Source: Synechococcus sp. A15-24 (lineage in GTDB: Bacteria; Cyanobacteriota; Cyanobacteriia; PCC-6307; Cyanobiaceae). Taken from it: a DNA stretch of 32,000 nt. Within the stretch, counting starts at the first letter, position 1. Each line of letters begins with the position of its first letter. Of the stretch, positions 18,133 through 26,597 are shown piece by piece. The position numbers were made by a program, and so were the translations under genes. The stretch lies in the NCBI RefSeq assembly GCF_014280195.1, contig NZ_CP047960.1, positions 1,980,001 to 2,012,000 on the forward strand, written 5' to 3'. Under the pieces are notes generated by a model that saw nothing but the letters and a program-made list of their open reading frames with translations, did no database searches and was not told the origin of the DNA.

Positions 18133-18334
18133 ACCCATCCCCTCAAATTCCTGCAGGAAGCATTACAACAACAAACTGAAGGCACCGAACTTGGGGAGTT
18201 GTGCTTGACCCCATTAACCCATTACTAAACACAATAAAAAAGCCCCCCTGACGGGGGGCTGATCTGTGTGAGGAACAAGTCTGAAAACCCGACCGAAGTC
18301 GGGTTATGAATCAGAACTTGAAGACGGTCTGAAC
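18044..18334. repeat. duplicated block, second copy (remnant head + Yfr1-like module + last 24 nt of G4)
   Basis: See 16001..16292. Confidence 0.85.
18236..18305 (-). ncRNA. Yfr1-like RNA module / double terminator in porin G4 3' UTR (copy B)
   Basis: The minus strand reads AACCCGAC-UUCG-GUCGGGUU + UUCAG, then unpaired ACUUGUUCCUCACACAGAUCA, then GCCCCCC-GUCA-GGGGGGC + U6. It is nearly identical to copy A. Confidence 0.5.
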
Positions 18335-19933
18335 TACACCGCCGAACACACCAACGGACTTGTCGTCGGGAGTCTCGAATCCGTAAGGACGAGAAAGCCA
18401 GTAAATTGCAGGGGTTACAGCAATTTTGTTGGTGACCTGGAACTTGTACCAGAGCTCCATGGCATAGTTGCCATCGGCAACAAAATCACTTTCGCCTTTG
18501 CGATCAATCTTAGTCACGAACCGTGGCTGACCAATAGCAGCTCCAAGGGCGTTCTTCTTCTGGAAAACATCATTCCAAGTAAGACCCACCATCCAAGAGG
18601 CCATCTCACGGATTTCGGTCGCATCCTCCCAGTCATCGTTGCCGTTGCTGTAGGAAGCACCAACACCCGCACTAATGGAAGGAATCATGCCTGATTCCTC
18701 AGGGCGCCAGAGGCATGGAGTGACCAGTTGTGGCTATAGGCATCAGAACGAACTTCTTTGCCGTCTTTATTTTCAACGGTGCAAGAAGTGTCGCCCTTAC
18801 CAGCGAACTCTGTACCAGTACGGAATTTAGCTCCGCACTGTCCGTAGCGATAACCAGCGGCAAGGCCCCATCTCTTGGTTCCGTAGGCAATCTGGCTGGT
18901 GATGTTCGCTTCGGAGTTATCGGTCATGAAGCCACCCGAATTGGGGTTGCTATCTTCACCCTCTCCGGAGTCAGCAATGTAGTTAGCGGCAAGAGTCCAG
19001 TAAGGATTGCCCTTTCCGGCGCTCTTCTTGTTGGTGTAGATCAGACCGAAGCCGCTGCCAGTTTCCTTGTTCCAGACGCCGGGGGTTCCCAGAGAACCAC
19101 CGAAGAAGTCGAGAACCTTCTGGCCACCCTTGGCATAAGCACTGGCCTTGTAGCCCATCATTTCGGTGTTGCGGGTCAGAGCACCGATCTGAGCCTTAAA
19201 TCCGCTGCCCAGGGGAAATCGATAGTACAAACGATCAATCTCAACAGCGTTGCCGCCAGGAGCACCAGTGTCAAGCTTGTTCAAGCCAACACCGTTGCCA
19301 TCCCAAACCGAGGCATCGCCCTGGTTGCCGACACGGAGGCGAGTGAAGAGCAAATCCTTACCAGTGAAGGACGTCTTCAGACCCAGGCGCAGGTCATAAC
19401 TGAAGGTGAAAGCGCCGTACTCAGCGTTGTAGTCATCCCTCATATTGCCAGGGTTATCACCAAGAGCTTTGGTGGCACCCATGACGAAATTCGCCTTGCC
19501 TTTCAGCTTGGTGGTGGTGGAGAACTGAGTGGCTTCCAGTTCGCCAACGCGAGCTTCCAGACCGTCCACGCGGCCGCGGATCACAGCCAGCTCGGTTTCG
19601 AATTCTTTGATCAGACGACGCAGCTGGTCGGTCACCTCGGTGATGCGGTCGAGGCAAGCGTTCAGCAGGGCAGCCGCTTCATAGCGGGTCATGGCCCGGT
19701 TGCCACTGAAGGTGCCGTTGGGGTAACCGGCGACGCAGCCGTAACGCTCGATCAGGTTGGCGAGTGCCTGGTAGGCCCAGTCAGTCGGGTAGACGTCGGA
19801 GAACTGGGTGATGCTGGTGACCTGCTCTTCGGATGCCGAGTAGTCGGACACACCGTTGATGTTCAGGTCTGCGGCGTTGGCGCCGGAGGCCTAGGGCGGC
19901 AGGCGCTACCAGCAGTTGCTGTAAGAGTTTCAT
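18311..19933 (-). pseudogene. SLH/OprB porin pseudogene (G4): two frameshifts
   Basis: The ATG at 19933 is followed by an 8-nt deletion at ~19890 relative to G2 (ccggaggccaggaggcctagg versus ccggaggcctagg). This shifts the frame inside the signal peptide. A second, 1-nt deletion at ~18710 splits the barrel into ORFs 18685..19851 and 18311..18688. The repaired reading is ...SLHA(F)WRPEESGMIPSISAG. Confidence 0.8.
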
Positions 19934-19976
19934 GAGATTCCTCACACCAAAATTGAGGGAAGTGGACAGAGAGTCC
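19505..19976. repeat. near-identical porin 5' module, copy 2 (G4 pseudogene)
   Basis: See 17338..17817. Confidence 0.9.
19938..19947 (-). promoter_or_regulatory. SD-region site GUGUGAGGAA in G4 5' UTR (same as G2)
   Basis: Identical to the G2 site and lying within the near-identical 5' module. Confidence 0.45.
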
Positions 19977-20043
19977 CTAAAAAAGATACTGGTGAAGCAA
20001 AAGCATCCACAAGGGTCCGCACAATTTTGTGTCCATTACTACA

Positions 20044-20071
20044 CTTTGAACAATTTAAAGCAAGTTTAAAG
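20044..20071 (-). promoter_or_regulatory. phased TTAA-core direct repeats (Pho-box-like) upstream of G4
   Basis: The minus strand reads CTTTAAAC-ttg-CTTTAAAT-tg-TTCAAAGT-g-TAGTAATGGACAC. The two TTAA cores are 11 nt apart. Confidence 0.3.
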
Positions 20072-20092
20072 GCCAGAGTGGCAGTTAAAGGC

Positions 20093-20120
20093 AAAAAAAA
20101 CCCACCTCATAAGAGGTGGG
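20093..20120 (-). terminator. rho-independent terminator of porin G5
   Basis: The minus strand reads CCCACCUC-UUAU-GAGGUGGG followed by U8. Confidence 0.85.
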
Positions 20121-20159
20121 TCGGAAAAGAAAGAACAAGTGGAGGTTCTTCGTTGGCGA

Positions 20160-21611
20160 TCAGAAGGTAAATGTGGTCTTCACGTAAGCACCTTGGACGT
20201 AATCACTTGAAAGATCGCCGGAATACTCATCAATGATGAAGTAAGTCGGCGTGACGGTGATGTTGTCGGTAACGGCAAACTTATAGAAGATTTCCCACAT
20301 CATGTTGTAGTCGTCTTCGATTTTAGGAGCCTGACCGATGGCTGTGCCGAATGAGTTACCTTCAATGCCGACATCAGACCACTCAAAACCGGCGTACCAG
20401 CTGGTGATCTCTTCGTCTGAATCGTCAGGGTTAGACAATGAGTAACCACCACTCACAGAAGGAATGATACCTGAATCTGCAGGTGCCCATGCTGCAGCAA
20501 TGCTGAAGCCATGACGGCTGTCACCAGCTTCAGCAGCTGCCTTGTTGGTGCCGATGGTCAGGCCAACATTTTGCGCGTAGGCATAACCAACTTGAGCCAA
20601 GAAGCTACCTTCAGCGATTTCACCTTCATAGAAAAGCTGCCAAGAAGATGTCGAACCGGTTTCAGCACGGCCAATGCCCGTACTGCTTCCATCCCATGCG
20701 ACGTAGTTGCCGCTGAGTTTGAAACCAGAGTCTCCAAGCGTATAAATACCACCCAAGCCGGCGCCGGTGCTAGCCAGGTTGTTGGTTGCCCAGGCACCGC
20801 CATAGGTGAAGAAGTCCAGCAGCAGGTCGGAGGGGTAGAAGGTTGCATAGCCGGCGTACATACCAGGGTCATCCGTCCTCACCACAGGACCAGCTGTCAC
20901 CGTCAGGTTCTCACCAACAGGGAAGGTGTAGAACAAGCGACCTATTTTGACGGTGTTACCGGAGGACATGGCGGTCTCAACAAAGGTGAGACCTTCATCC
21001 CAGACGGAGGGACCGAAGTTACCGGAACGCAGAACGGTCGTCAGCATGTCCTTACCCGTGAAGGACGTTTTCAGGGCAAGACGAAGGTCGTAGTTGAAGG
21101 TGAGTGCCTCACCCTCATCATCGTCGAAACCTTCAGCAGCACCAAAGACCCAAGCGGAGTAACCCTTCAGCTTGGTGGTGGTGGAGAACTGGGTCGCTTC
21201 AAGTTTGCCGACGCGAGCCTCGAGACCGTCGACTTTGCCGGCGATCATTGCGAGTTCTTTCTCGAACTCAGAAATAAGACTCTTGAGTTGATCGGTCACC
21301 TCGGTGACGCGATCGAGGCAGGCATTCAGCAGGGCAGCCGCTTCGTAGCGGGTCATGGCCCGGCCACCACGGAAGGTGCCGTTGGGGTAGCCGGCCACGC
21401 AGCCGTACTGATCCACCAGGTTGCTCAGAGCCTGGTAAGCCCAGTCGGTGGGATAAACGTCAGAAAACTGGGTGACGCTGGTGACCTGATCCTTCTTGGA
21501 AGAAGAGGAGTACTCAGCAACACCATTGATGTTGAGCTCGGTGGCATTGGCACCGGTGGCCAGAAGGCCAAGGGCGGCTGGAGCCACCAGCAATTGCTGG
21601 AAAAGCTTCAT
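20160..21611 (-). CDS. SLH-domain / OprB-type outer-membrane porin (Som-like, G5, 483 aa)
   Basis: It has a signal peptide [23 protein letters not shown], an SLH motif [47 protein letters not shown], a coiled coil, a barrel and a C-terminal YVKTTFTF. Confidence 0.92.
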   Translation of the reverse strand: MKLFQQLLVAPAALGLLATGANATELNINGVAEYSSSSKKDQVTSVTQFSDVYPTDWAYQALSNLVDQYGCVAGYPNGTFRGGRAMTRYEAAALLNACLDRVTEVTDQLKSLISEFEKELAMIAGKVDGLEARVGKLEATQFSTTTKLKGYSAWVFGAAEGFDDDEGEALTFNYDLRLALKTSFTGKDMLTTVLRSGNFGPSVWDEGLTFVETAMSSGNTVKIGRLFYTFPVGENLTVTAGPVVRTDDPGMYAGYATFYPSDLLLDFFTYGGAWATNNLASTGAGLGGIYTLGDSGFKLSGNYVAWDGSSTGIGRAETGSTSSWQLFYEGEIAEGSFLAQVGYAYAQNVGLTIGTNKAAAEAGDSRHGFSIAAAWAPADSGIIPSVSGGYSLSNPDDSDEEITSWYAGFEWSDVGIEGNSFGTAIGQAPKIEDDYNMMWEIFYKFAVTDNITVTPTYFIIDEYSGDLSSDYVQGAYVKTTFTF

Positions 21612-21617
21612 GGGGGA

Positions 21618-21629
21618 TCCTCACACAGA
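21618..21629 (-). promoter_or_regulatory. SD-region site UCUGUGUGAGGA in G5 5' UTR, complementary to the Yfr1-like core
   Basis: The mRNA reads UCUGUGUGAGGAUCCCCC-AUG. This is a 12-nt exact reverse complement of UCCUCACACAGA in both Yfr1-like modules. Confidence 0.5.
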
Positions 21630-21816
21630 ACATGGGCGCAACAGCGCCACCTAGATCTCATAGGGCTTTACCAAGCTTTAACCAAGCAATCCTGTGCCAG
21701 CTCCCTCAATGACTAGTAACAGGTGTCACAGAAAACGCCTAAAAGCGTTTGCTACGAACATAAAATTGATTCATGTGGGCAACCACCCACAGTGGGGACG
21801 GCTCCTTGTGCGCTCC

Positions 21817-23421
21817 ATGTCCTCTCGGGTCCTGCGCGTCGCCATTCTCTTTGCAGCCGTCCTGCTGGCGCTGCAGGCCTGGCGGTCCTGGGTGCTCCTG
21901 GCCAGTTACGACCAGGGAATCTTTCAGCAAGTGCTATGGAACTCTCTCCAGGGTCATCCGTTTGAAAGCACCCTCTCCTCGCAGCTCTCCACCAATGTGA
22001 TCCACGCCGGGGAGCTGCCCTCGGTCGACTACGAGCGGCTTGGTCAGCATTTCACCCCCACTCTCCTGCTCTGGACACCCCTTCTGGGGCTGATCGGAGG
22101 TGCCGCCCTGCCGCTGGTGCAGGTGGGACTGATCACGGCGGCTGGCCTCACATTGCATCGACTGGCCTTGGGTCTGCTGCCGGAACGCACTGCCAACTGG
22201 CTCACCTACGGCTTCTTTGCAGGTAATGCCCTTATCGGCCCCACGCTCGGGAACTACACCGACCTCTGCCAGCTGCCCCTGGCCGTGTTTGTCCTGATGC
22301 TCGGCCTGGTGGAACGTCGCCGCTGGTGGATCACTGGGGCAGCCCTATGGATCCCTTTGATCCGCGAGGACACCGGTGTGCTGCTGGTGGCCATCGGTCT
22401 GTGGCTGCTGCTGCGGCAACGGCAGCGCTGGCCGTTGGCCATGACCTTGATCGCCTGGGGTGGTGGCTGGGTGGTGATCTGCACCAACCTGCTGATGCCG
22501 CTGTTCTCCGACGACAACGCCAAGCGGTTCATGGTGGAGAACTTCGGACAGTATCTGGGGGACGAGAACAGCAGCTCAAGCCTCGGGATCGTGGGCCACG
22601 CCCTGCGCCAGCCCCTGCTGCTGCTTCAGCAATTGGTGGATCCGCCGGGTCAAACCCTGCTGTATCTGCTCGGCCACGGCCTGCCCTTTCTGTTTGTCCC
22701 TGTCATCAGCCTCGACACCTGGCTGCTGGCGGGCCCCAGTCTGCTCGGGCTGTTTCTGGCCCAGGGGGCCAACGACCCCCTCTCGATCACCATCCGCTAC
22801 ACGCTGCTGGTGGTGCCGGGATTCGCCCTTGGCGCTCTGTTCTGGTGGCAGCGTCGGCCAAAATCCAACCCTGGAGCGCGAACCCGTCTGGCCTGGGGAG
22901 CTGCTCTCAGCCTGTCTCTGCTGCTGACGGTCAGCAGCAACCCCCACCGCAGCCTGTCCTTTCTGATCCCGGACAGCATTGATCCCTGGGTGTACAGCGC
23001 CCCATGGCGTCAGTGGCACCATGGCGCCGCCGCTCGCCAGGCCCTGTCCGTCATCCCCGCCGATGGCACCGTGGCCGCCAATACACCCCTGGTGCCGCTG
23101 CTCGCCAGACGCGCCGTGCTCGTGCGTTTCCCATTCGCCACGGGCTATCTGGATCGATCCGGATCTCCCCAGCAGGTGGACTGGATCGCCGTGGATCTCG
23201 AGCAGCTCGAGCAATACGGGGTTGCTTTCAGAGGCGACTGGAAACAGCTGCGCAACGCTCGCCGCTGGCTGGCGGCCCATCGCGACAGCAATCGGGTGCA
23301 GGCCATCAACAGTGGTGTGGTGGTGCTGCAGCGCAATGGCGTTCAGCATCCCAACCTTGAAGCCGCCCTCGATCGACAGCTGGATCGACCACTCCCTGCC
23401 GACCCCCGCCGGCGCTCCTGA
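21817..23421 (+). CDS. DUF2079-family polytopic membrane protein (paralogue 1)
   Basis: The ATG at 21817 is followed by TM1 and then SYDQGIFQQVLWNSLQGHPFESTLSSQLSTNVIHAGELPSVDYERLGQHFTP. The protein has many TM helices and a soluble C-terminal ~130 aa. It is a close paralogue of 26560..28188. The family name is from memory. Confidence 0.7.
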   Translation: MSSRVLRVAILFAAVLLALQAWRSWVLLASYDQGIFQQVLWNSLQGHPFESTLSSQLSTNVIHAGELPSVDYERLGQHFTPTLLLWTPLLGLIGGAALPLVQVGLITAAGLTLHRLALGLLPERTANWLTYGFFAGNALIGPTLGNYTDLCQLPLAVFVLMLGLVERRRWWITGAALWIPLIREDTGVLLVAIGLWLLLRQRQRWPLAMTLIAWGGGWVVICTNLLMPLFSDDNAKRFMVENFGQYLGDENSSSSLGIVGHALRQPLLLLQQLVDPPGQTLLYLLGHGLPFLFVPVISLDTWLLAGPSLLGLFLAQGANDPLSITIRYTLLVVPGFALGALFWWQRRPKSNPGARTRLAWGAALSLSLLLTVSSNPHRSLSFLIPDSIDPWVYSAPWRQWHHGAAARQALSVIPADGTVAANTPLVPLLARRAVLVRFPFATGYLDRSGSPQQVDWIAVDLEQLEQYGVAFRGDWKQLRNARRWLAAHRDSNRVQAINSGVVVLQRNGVQHPNLEAALDRQLDRPLPADPRRRS

Positions 23422-23697
23422 TCAAAACGATGCCCCCGATCGGAAGACCGACCGGGGGCTCTCGCCGAGTCCGCTTGTGCCGCGGAACCGGATGATCAGT
23501 TAGAGGGCGCCGTTCAGCCGGCGTTCTCCGCGATCAGCAGACCCTGCATGAAAGAACTGGATTGCATGGACACCTCCTCCTGAAAGGGTTGATGAGCGCC
23601 GGTGATGCATTCGGTGGTGTCCAGGACCCGAAGGTCCGAAGATGCCACCACACCACTGCGGTCGGGACTCTTGAACCCTAACGGAGGTGTCAAAACT

Positions 23698-25194
23698 TTG
23701 GCGAAGCTGCTGGATCAGCGGCGCTGGCTGATGCCACTGCTGCTGTGGCTGCTCACGCTGCTGCTCTGGCTGCCGGGTCTGGGCAACCTGCCGCTGCGCG
23801 ACTGGGATGAAGGGCGCGTGGCCACGGTGGCCCGCTCCAGCTCCAGCCTGCTGCCGATGAAATGGCAGCAGCCTTACCTCAACAAACCCCCCGGTCTTCA
23901 CGCCCCCATGGGCCAGTTGATCCGTGCCCACGGAGAGCAGGACGCCCTGGTGCGACTGCTGCCGGCCATGCTCTCCACCCTGGCGGTCCCCCTGATCGTG
24001 CTGATGCGCAGGGAGCTCGGTGGTTCCGACCGGCAACGCAGGGCCCTGCTGGCGGGGGTGGTGTTGATGACCCTGCTGCCCATGGCCCGTCACGGCCGGC
24101 TGGCGATGTTGGACGGCACGTTGGTGAGTTGCAGCCTGCTGTTGTGGTGGAGCTGGATCCGAGCCCGTCAGCATCCCCTGGTTGCTCTAAGCGCAGGGAT
24201 CGCCAGCAGTGGCGTGTTGCTGCTGAAACCACCGGCACTGCTGGGGTTGGGCCTGATCGCCCTGGTTGTGGGCGGCCGCAACAGCTGGCCGCGCTGGCGC
24301 GGCTGGATCGGCCTCAGCCTGGGACTGCTGCCCGGGCTGAGCTGGCATCTCTGGCACTGGAGTGTGCGCGGCGACGATGCGCTGCTGATGTGGGGCGGCC
24401 AGGGACTGGCCCGGATCACCAGCAGCGTCGGCGATGGCCACGGTTGGTGGACCCCATGGGTGGAGGTGCTAGAGGGTGGTTGGCCCTGGCTGCTGCTGCT
24501 GCCCATCGGTCTGTCCTGGGCCTGGCGGCAACGCCATGTCACCGCCGGGCGCTGGGAACTGGGGCTGCTCATCGGCAGTGCTGCCCTGGTGCTGCCGCTC
24601 CGCACCCAGTTGCCCTGGTACAGCCACCTGCTCTGGCCGCCTCTGGCCCTGCTCTGCGCCGAAGGGCTGGCTCAACTGCTCGACTCCGGAACGCCTCGCT
24701 GGGTGGGCCGGTGCTGGCAGGCCCTCGGCCTTGGACTGAGCCTGGCTGGATTGGGCACGCTGGTGATCCGCGAGCCAGAACTGCCGAGCCTCAGCCTGCT
24801 GCTGGCGGGGTTCGGGCTGTTGGCTGGAGGCCAAGCCATCAGTCATCCCCAGCCCCAGCGGCGACGACGCGGGCTGGCGATCCTGGTGATCGCCTGGGGC
24901 CTGGCGCTGCTTGCGCTCTGGCACAGCCGCCTCTGGCTATGGGAGCTGAATGAAAGCTGGGATCCACGGCCTGTGGCCGCTCAGGTACGGGCGCTGCCGG
25001 CCGATGCGTCCGTTTGGCTGAAGGGGCCCACTCGGCCATCCCTCGGCTGGTATGGGGGCCGAAACCTGCTGCAGTACCGCAAGAGTGAGCCACCCAAGGG
25101 GCCCTACTGGCTGGTGAGCAACAAGCCGATGCCGGGCTGCCTGCCGAGCCAGGACCCGGCCAGCGGTGAGTGGCAGCTATGGAAATGCGAATGA
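23698..25194 (+). CDS. GT-C glycosyltransferase, family 39 / ArnT-PMT-like
   Basis: LLWLPGLGNLPLRDWDEGRVATVAR places a DE motif in the first outward loop, followed by YLNKPPGLHAPMG and ~11 TM helices. The ORF is open from 23602. Likely starts are TTG at 23698 (GGAGG 10 nt upstream) or ATG at 23731. Confidence 0.72.
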   Translation: MAKLLDQRRWLMPLLLWLLTLLLWLPGLGNLPLRDWDEGRVATVARSSSSLLPMKWQQPYLNKPPGLHAPMGQLIRAHGEQDALVRLLPAMLSTLAVPLIVLMRRELGGSDRQRRALLAGVVLMTLLPMARHGRLAMLDGTLVSCSLLLWWSWIRARQHPLVALSAGIASSGVLLLKPPALLGLGLIALVVGGRNSWPRWRGWIGLSLGLLPGLSWHLWHWSVRGDDALLMWGGQGLARITSSVGDGHGWWTPWVEVLEGGWPWLLLLPIGLSWAWRQRHVTAGRWELGLLIGSAALVLPLRTQLPWYSHLLWPPLALLCAEGLAQLLDSGTPRWVGRCWQALGLGLSLAGLGTLVIREPELPSLSLLLAGFGLLAGGQAISHPQPQRRRRGLAILVIAWGLALLALWHSRLWLWELNESWDPRPVAAQVRALPADASVWLKGPTRPSLGWYGGRNLLQYRKSEPPKGPYWLVSNKPMPGCLPSQDPASGEWQLWKCE

Positions 25195-26597
25195 AACCAC
25201 CCCGCCAGCTCTGGGGTCTTGCCGTCGGTCTGGGGCTGATTGGCTGGGGCTGCAGCGCCATGCGGCATGGCCTGCTGCACAGCAACGCCTACGACCTGGG
25301 CCTGTTTGACCAGTGGGTCTGGCTGATCAGCCAGGGGCTGCCACCAATCTCCTCGATGGAGCACGTTCACGTGCTGGCGGATCACGGTGCCTGGCTGCTG
25401 TATGGCACCGGTCTGCTCTACAAGCTGTTCCCATCGGTGCAGTGGCTGCTGGCGGCCCAAGCCCTGGCCCTGAGTCTCACGGCCATCCCGATCTGGTGGC
25501 TGGCGCAGCAGGCTGGCGTCTCCAGACAGGGCTGCTGGCTGGCATGCGGACTGTGGTGGCTGCAGCCCGTCGTCTTCAACGCTCTGCTGTTCGATGTGCA
25601 CCCGGAAACGTGGGTGATGCCCGCCTTCGCCTGGGCCCTCTGGGCCGAACGGGCGGAACGCCCACGCCTGTGGTTAGCCCTGCTGCTGGTGATGCTGGGG
25701 GCCCGTGATGGGCTGGTGCTGGTACTCGGCGGCATGGGGCTCGATCTGGCATGGCGCCAGCGCTGGCGATGGAGTGCCGCCGTCAGCGGGCTGGCAGCGA
25801 GCTGGTTGCTGCTGCTGAGTCGGTGGCTCTATCCCTGGCTGCGCGATGGCGAAGGCCCCAAGGCCGCCGCTCGCATGTTCAGTCATCTCAGCGGCGGGCC
25901 GATGCAGATCCTGCAGAGCCTCGACTGGAGCGGAGGCCTTCAGTACCTGGTGCTGCTCTGCCTGCCCTGCATCTGGCTCTGGCGACGGCGATCACTGCCG
26001 ACCCTGCTGATCGCCCTTCCCCTGGTGCTGGTCAATCTGCTGTCGGCCTCCGCCAGCTACCGCACCTTGGTGCATCACTACAGCCTTCCCCTGGCGCTGG
26101 TCGCCGTGCTGGCGGCCATTGATGGAGGGTTGGCAGCTGACCGACCCCGCCATCGACTTCCCAGGAGCCTGATCTGGGCAGCAGCCTGCTGGCTGGCCCT
26201 GGCCAAACCCTTGTTCTTCACAGGGCCCTACCTGCAGCGGCTGCCGCACCTGCACTCAGCTCAGGAAGCCCTGGCCAAGGTGCATCCGAACGACGCGGTG
26301 CTCACCACGAGCTACCTGGTGCCTCACCTCAGCCAGCGCCGCCGGATCGCCTTCCCCAAAGCCGCCTTCAACAGTGAACTCAGCGACCAAACCTGGACGG
26401 TGCTGCTGCTGAACCCTATCGACCCTGGCTGGGGTTCCACCAGAAAGGTGCAACGGCGGCTGATCGATCAGGCTGAACGCCAGGACTGGCACTGCCGGGA
26501 TTGGCCCTCGGGCCTGACACTCTGCAGATCATCGGAACCTGAGCACTCTGAACGACTCCATGGCCTCGCTTCAGACCCCAGACCCCCGTTCAGCTGA
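25191..26597 (+). CDS. DUF2079-family polytopic membrane protein (paralogue 2, divergent)
   Basis: AYDLGLFDQWVWLISQGLPPISSMEHVHVLADHGAWLLYGTGLLYKLFP is the classic DUF2079 N-terminus as I remember it. The ATG at 25191 overlaps the GT39 stop (ATGA). Alternative starts are at 25170, 25179 and 25185. Confidence 0.7.
   Translation: MKPPRQLWGLAVGLGLIGWGCSAMRHGLLHSNAYDLGLFDQWVWLISQGLPPISSMEHVHVLADHGAWLLYGTGLLYKLFPSVQWLLAAQALALSLTAIPIWWLAQQAGVSRQGCWLACGLWWLQPVVFNALLFDVHPETWVMPAFAWALWAERAERPRLWLALLLVMLGARDGLVLVLGGMGLDLAWRQRWRWSAAVSGLAASWLLLLSRWLYPWLRDGEGPKAAARMFSHLSGGPMQILQSLDWSGGLQYLVLLCLPCIWLWRRRSLPTLLIALPLVLVNLLSASASYRTLVHHYSLPLALVAVLAAIDGGLAADRPRHRLPRSLIWAAACWLALAKPLFFTGPYLQRLPHLHSAQEALAKVHPNDAVLTTSYLVPHLSQRRRIAFPKAAFNSELSDQTWTVLLLNPIDPGWGSTRKVQRRLIDQAERQDWHCRDWPSGLTLCRSSEPEHSERLHGLASDPRPPFS

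Noticed and set aside
14105-21611. The lower-GC porin array interpreted as a horizontally acquired genomic island.
   Set aside because: No integrase, transposase, flanking direct repeats or tRNA lie at its borders. SLH/OprB porins are core cyanobacterial genes with distinctive Gly/Asn/Ser/Thr/Lys-rich composition and AT-rich regulatory spacers, which explains the GC drop. Internal duplication explains the array.
16965-21716. Very long plus-strand ORFs antisense to the porins: 16965..17735, and 18730..19935 and 20511..21716 (401 aa each).
   Set aside because: I checked that the two 401-aa ORFs are codon-aligned with the porin frames. In that frame an antisense stop requires a sense TTA, CTA or TCA codon, and the porin genes avoid these. 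The open frames therefore follow from codon bias, and their translations have no protein-like features.
21733-21750. Inverted repeat AAACGC-ctaaaa-GCGTTT in the divergent G5 / DUF2079-1 promoter region, as a possible operator or terminator.
   Set aside because: It is a short 6-bp stem with no second copy in the window and no cognate regulator nearby. It cannot be distinguished from chance by eye.
23862-24953. 363-aa alternative-frame ORF inside the GT39 gene, and similar ORFs at 22326..22982, 27255..27902 and 10728..11396.
   Set aside because: The translations are Pro/Arg/Ala/Gly-rich off-frame products of high-GC membrane-protein genes. The chosen frames show TM-helix periodicity and family motifs.
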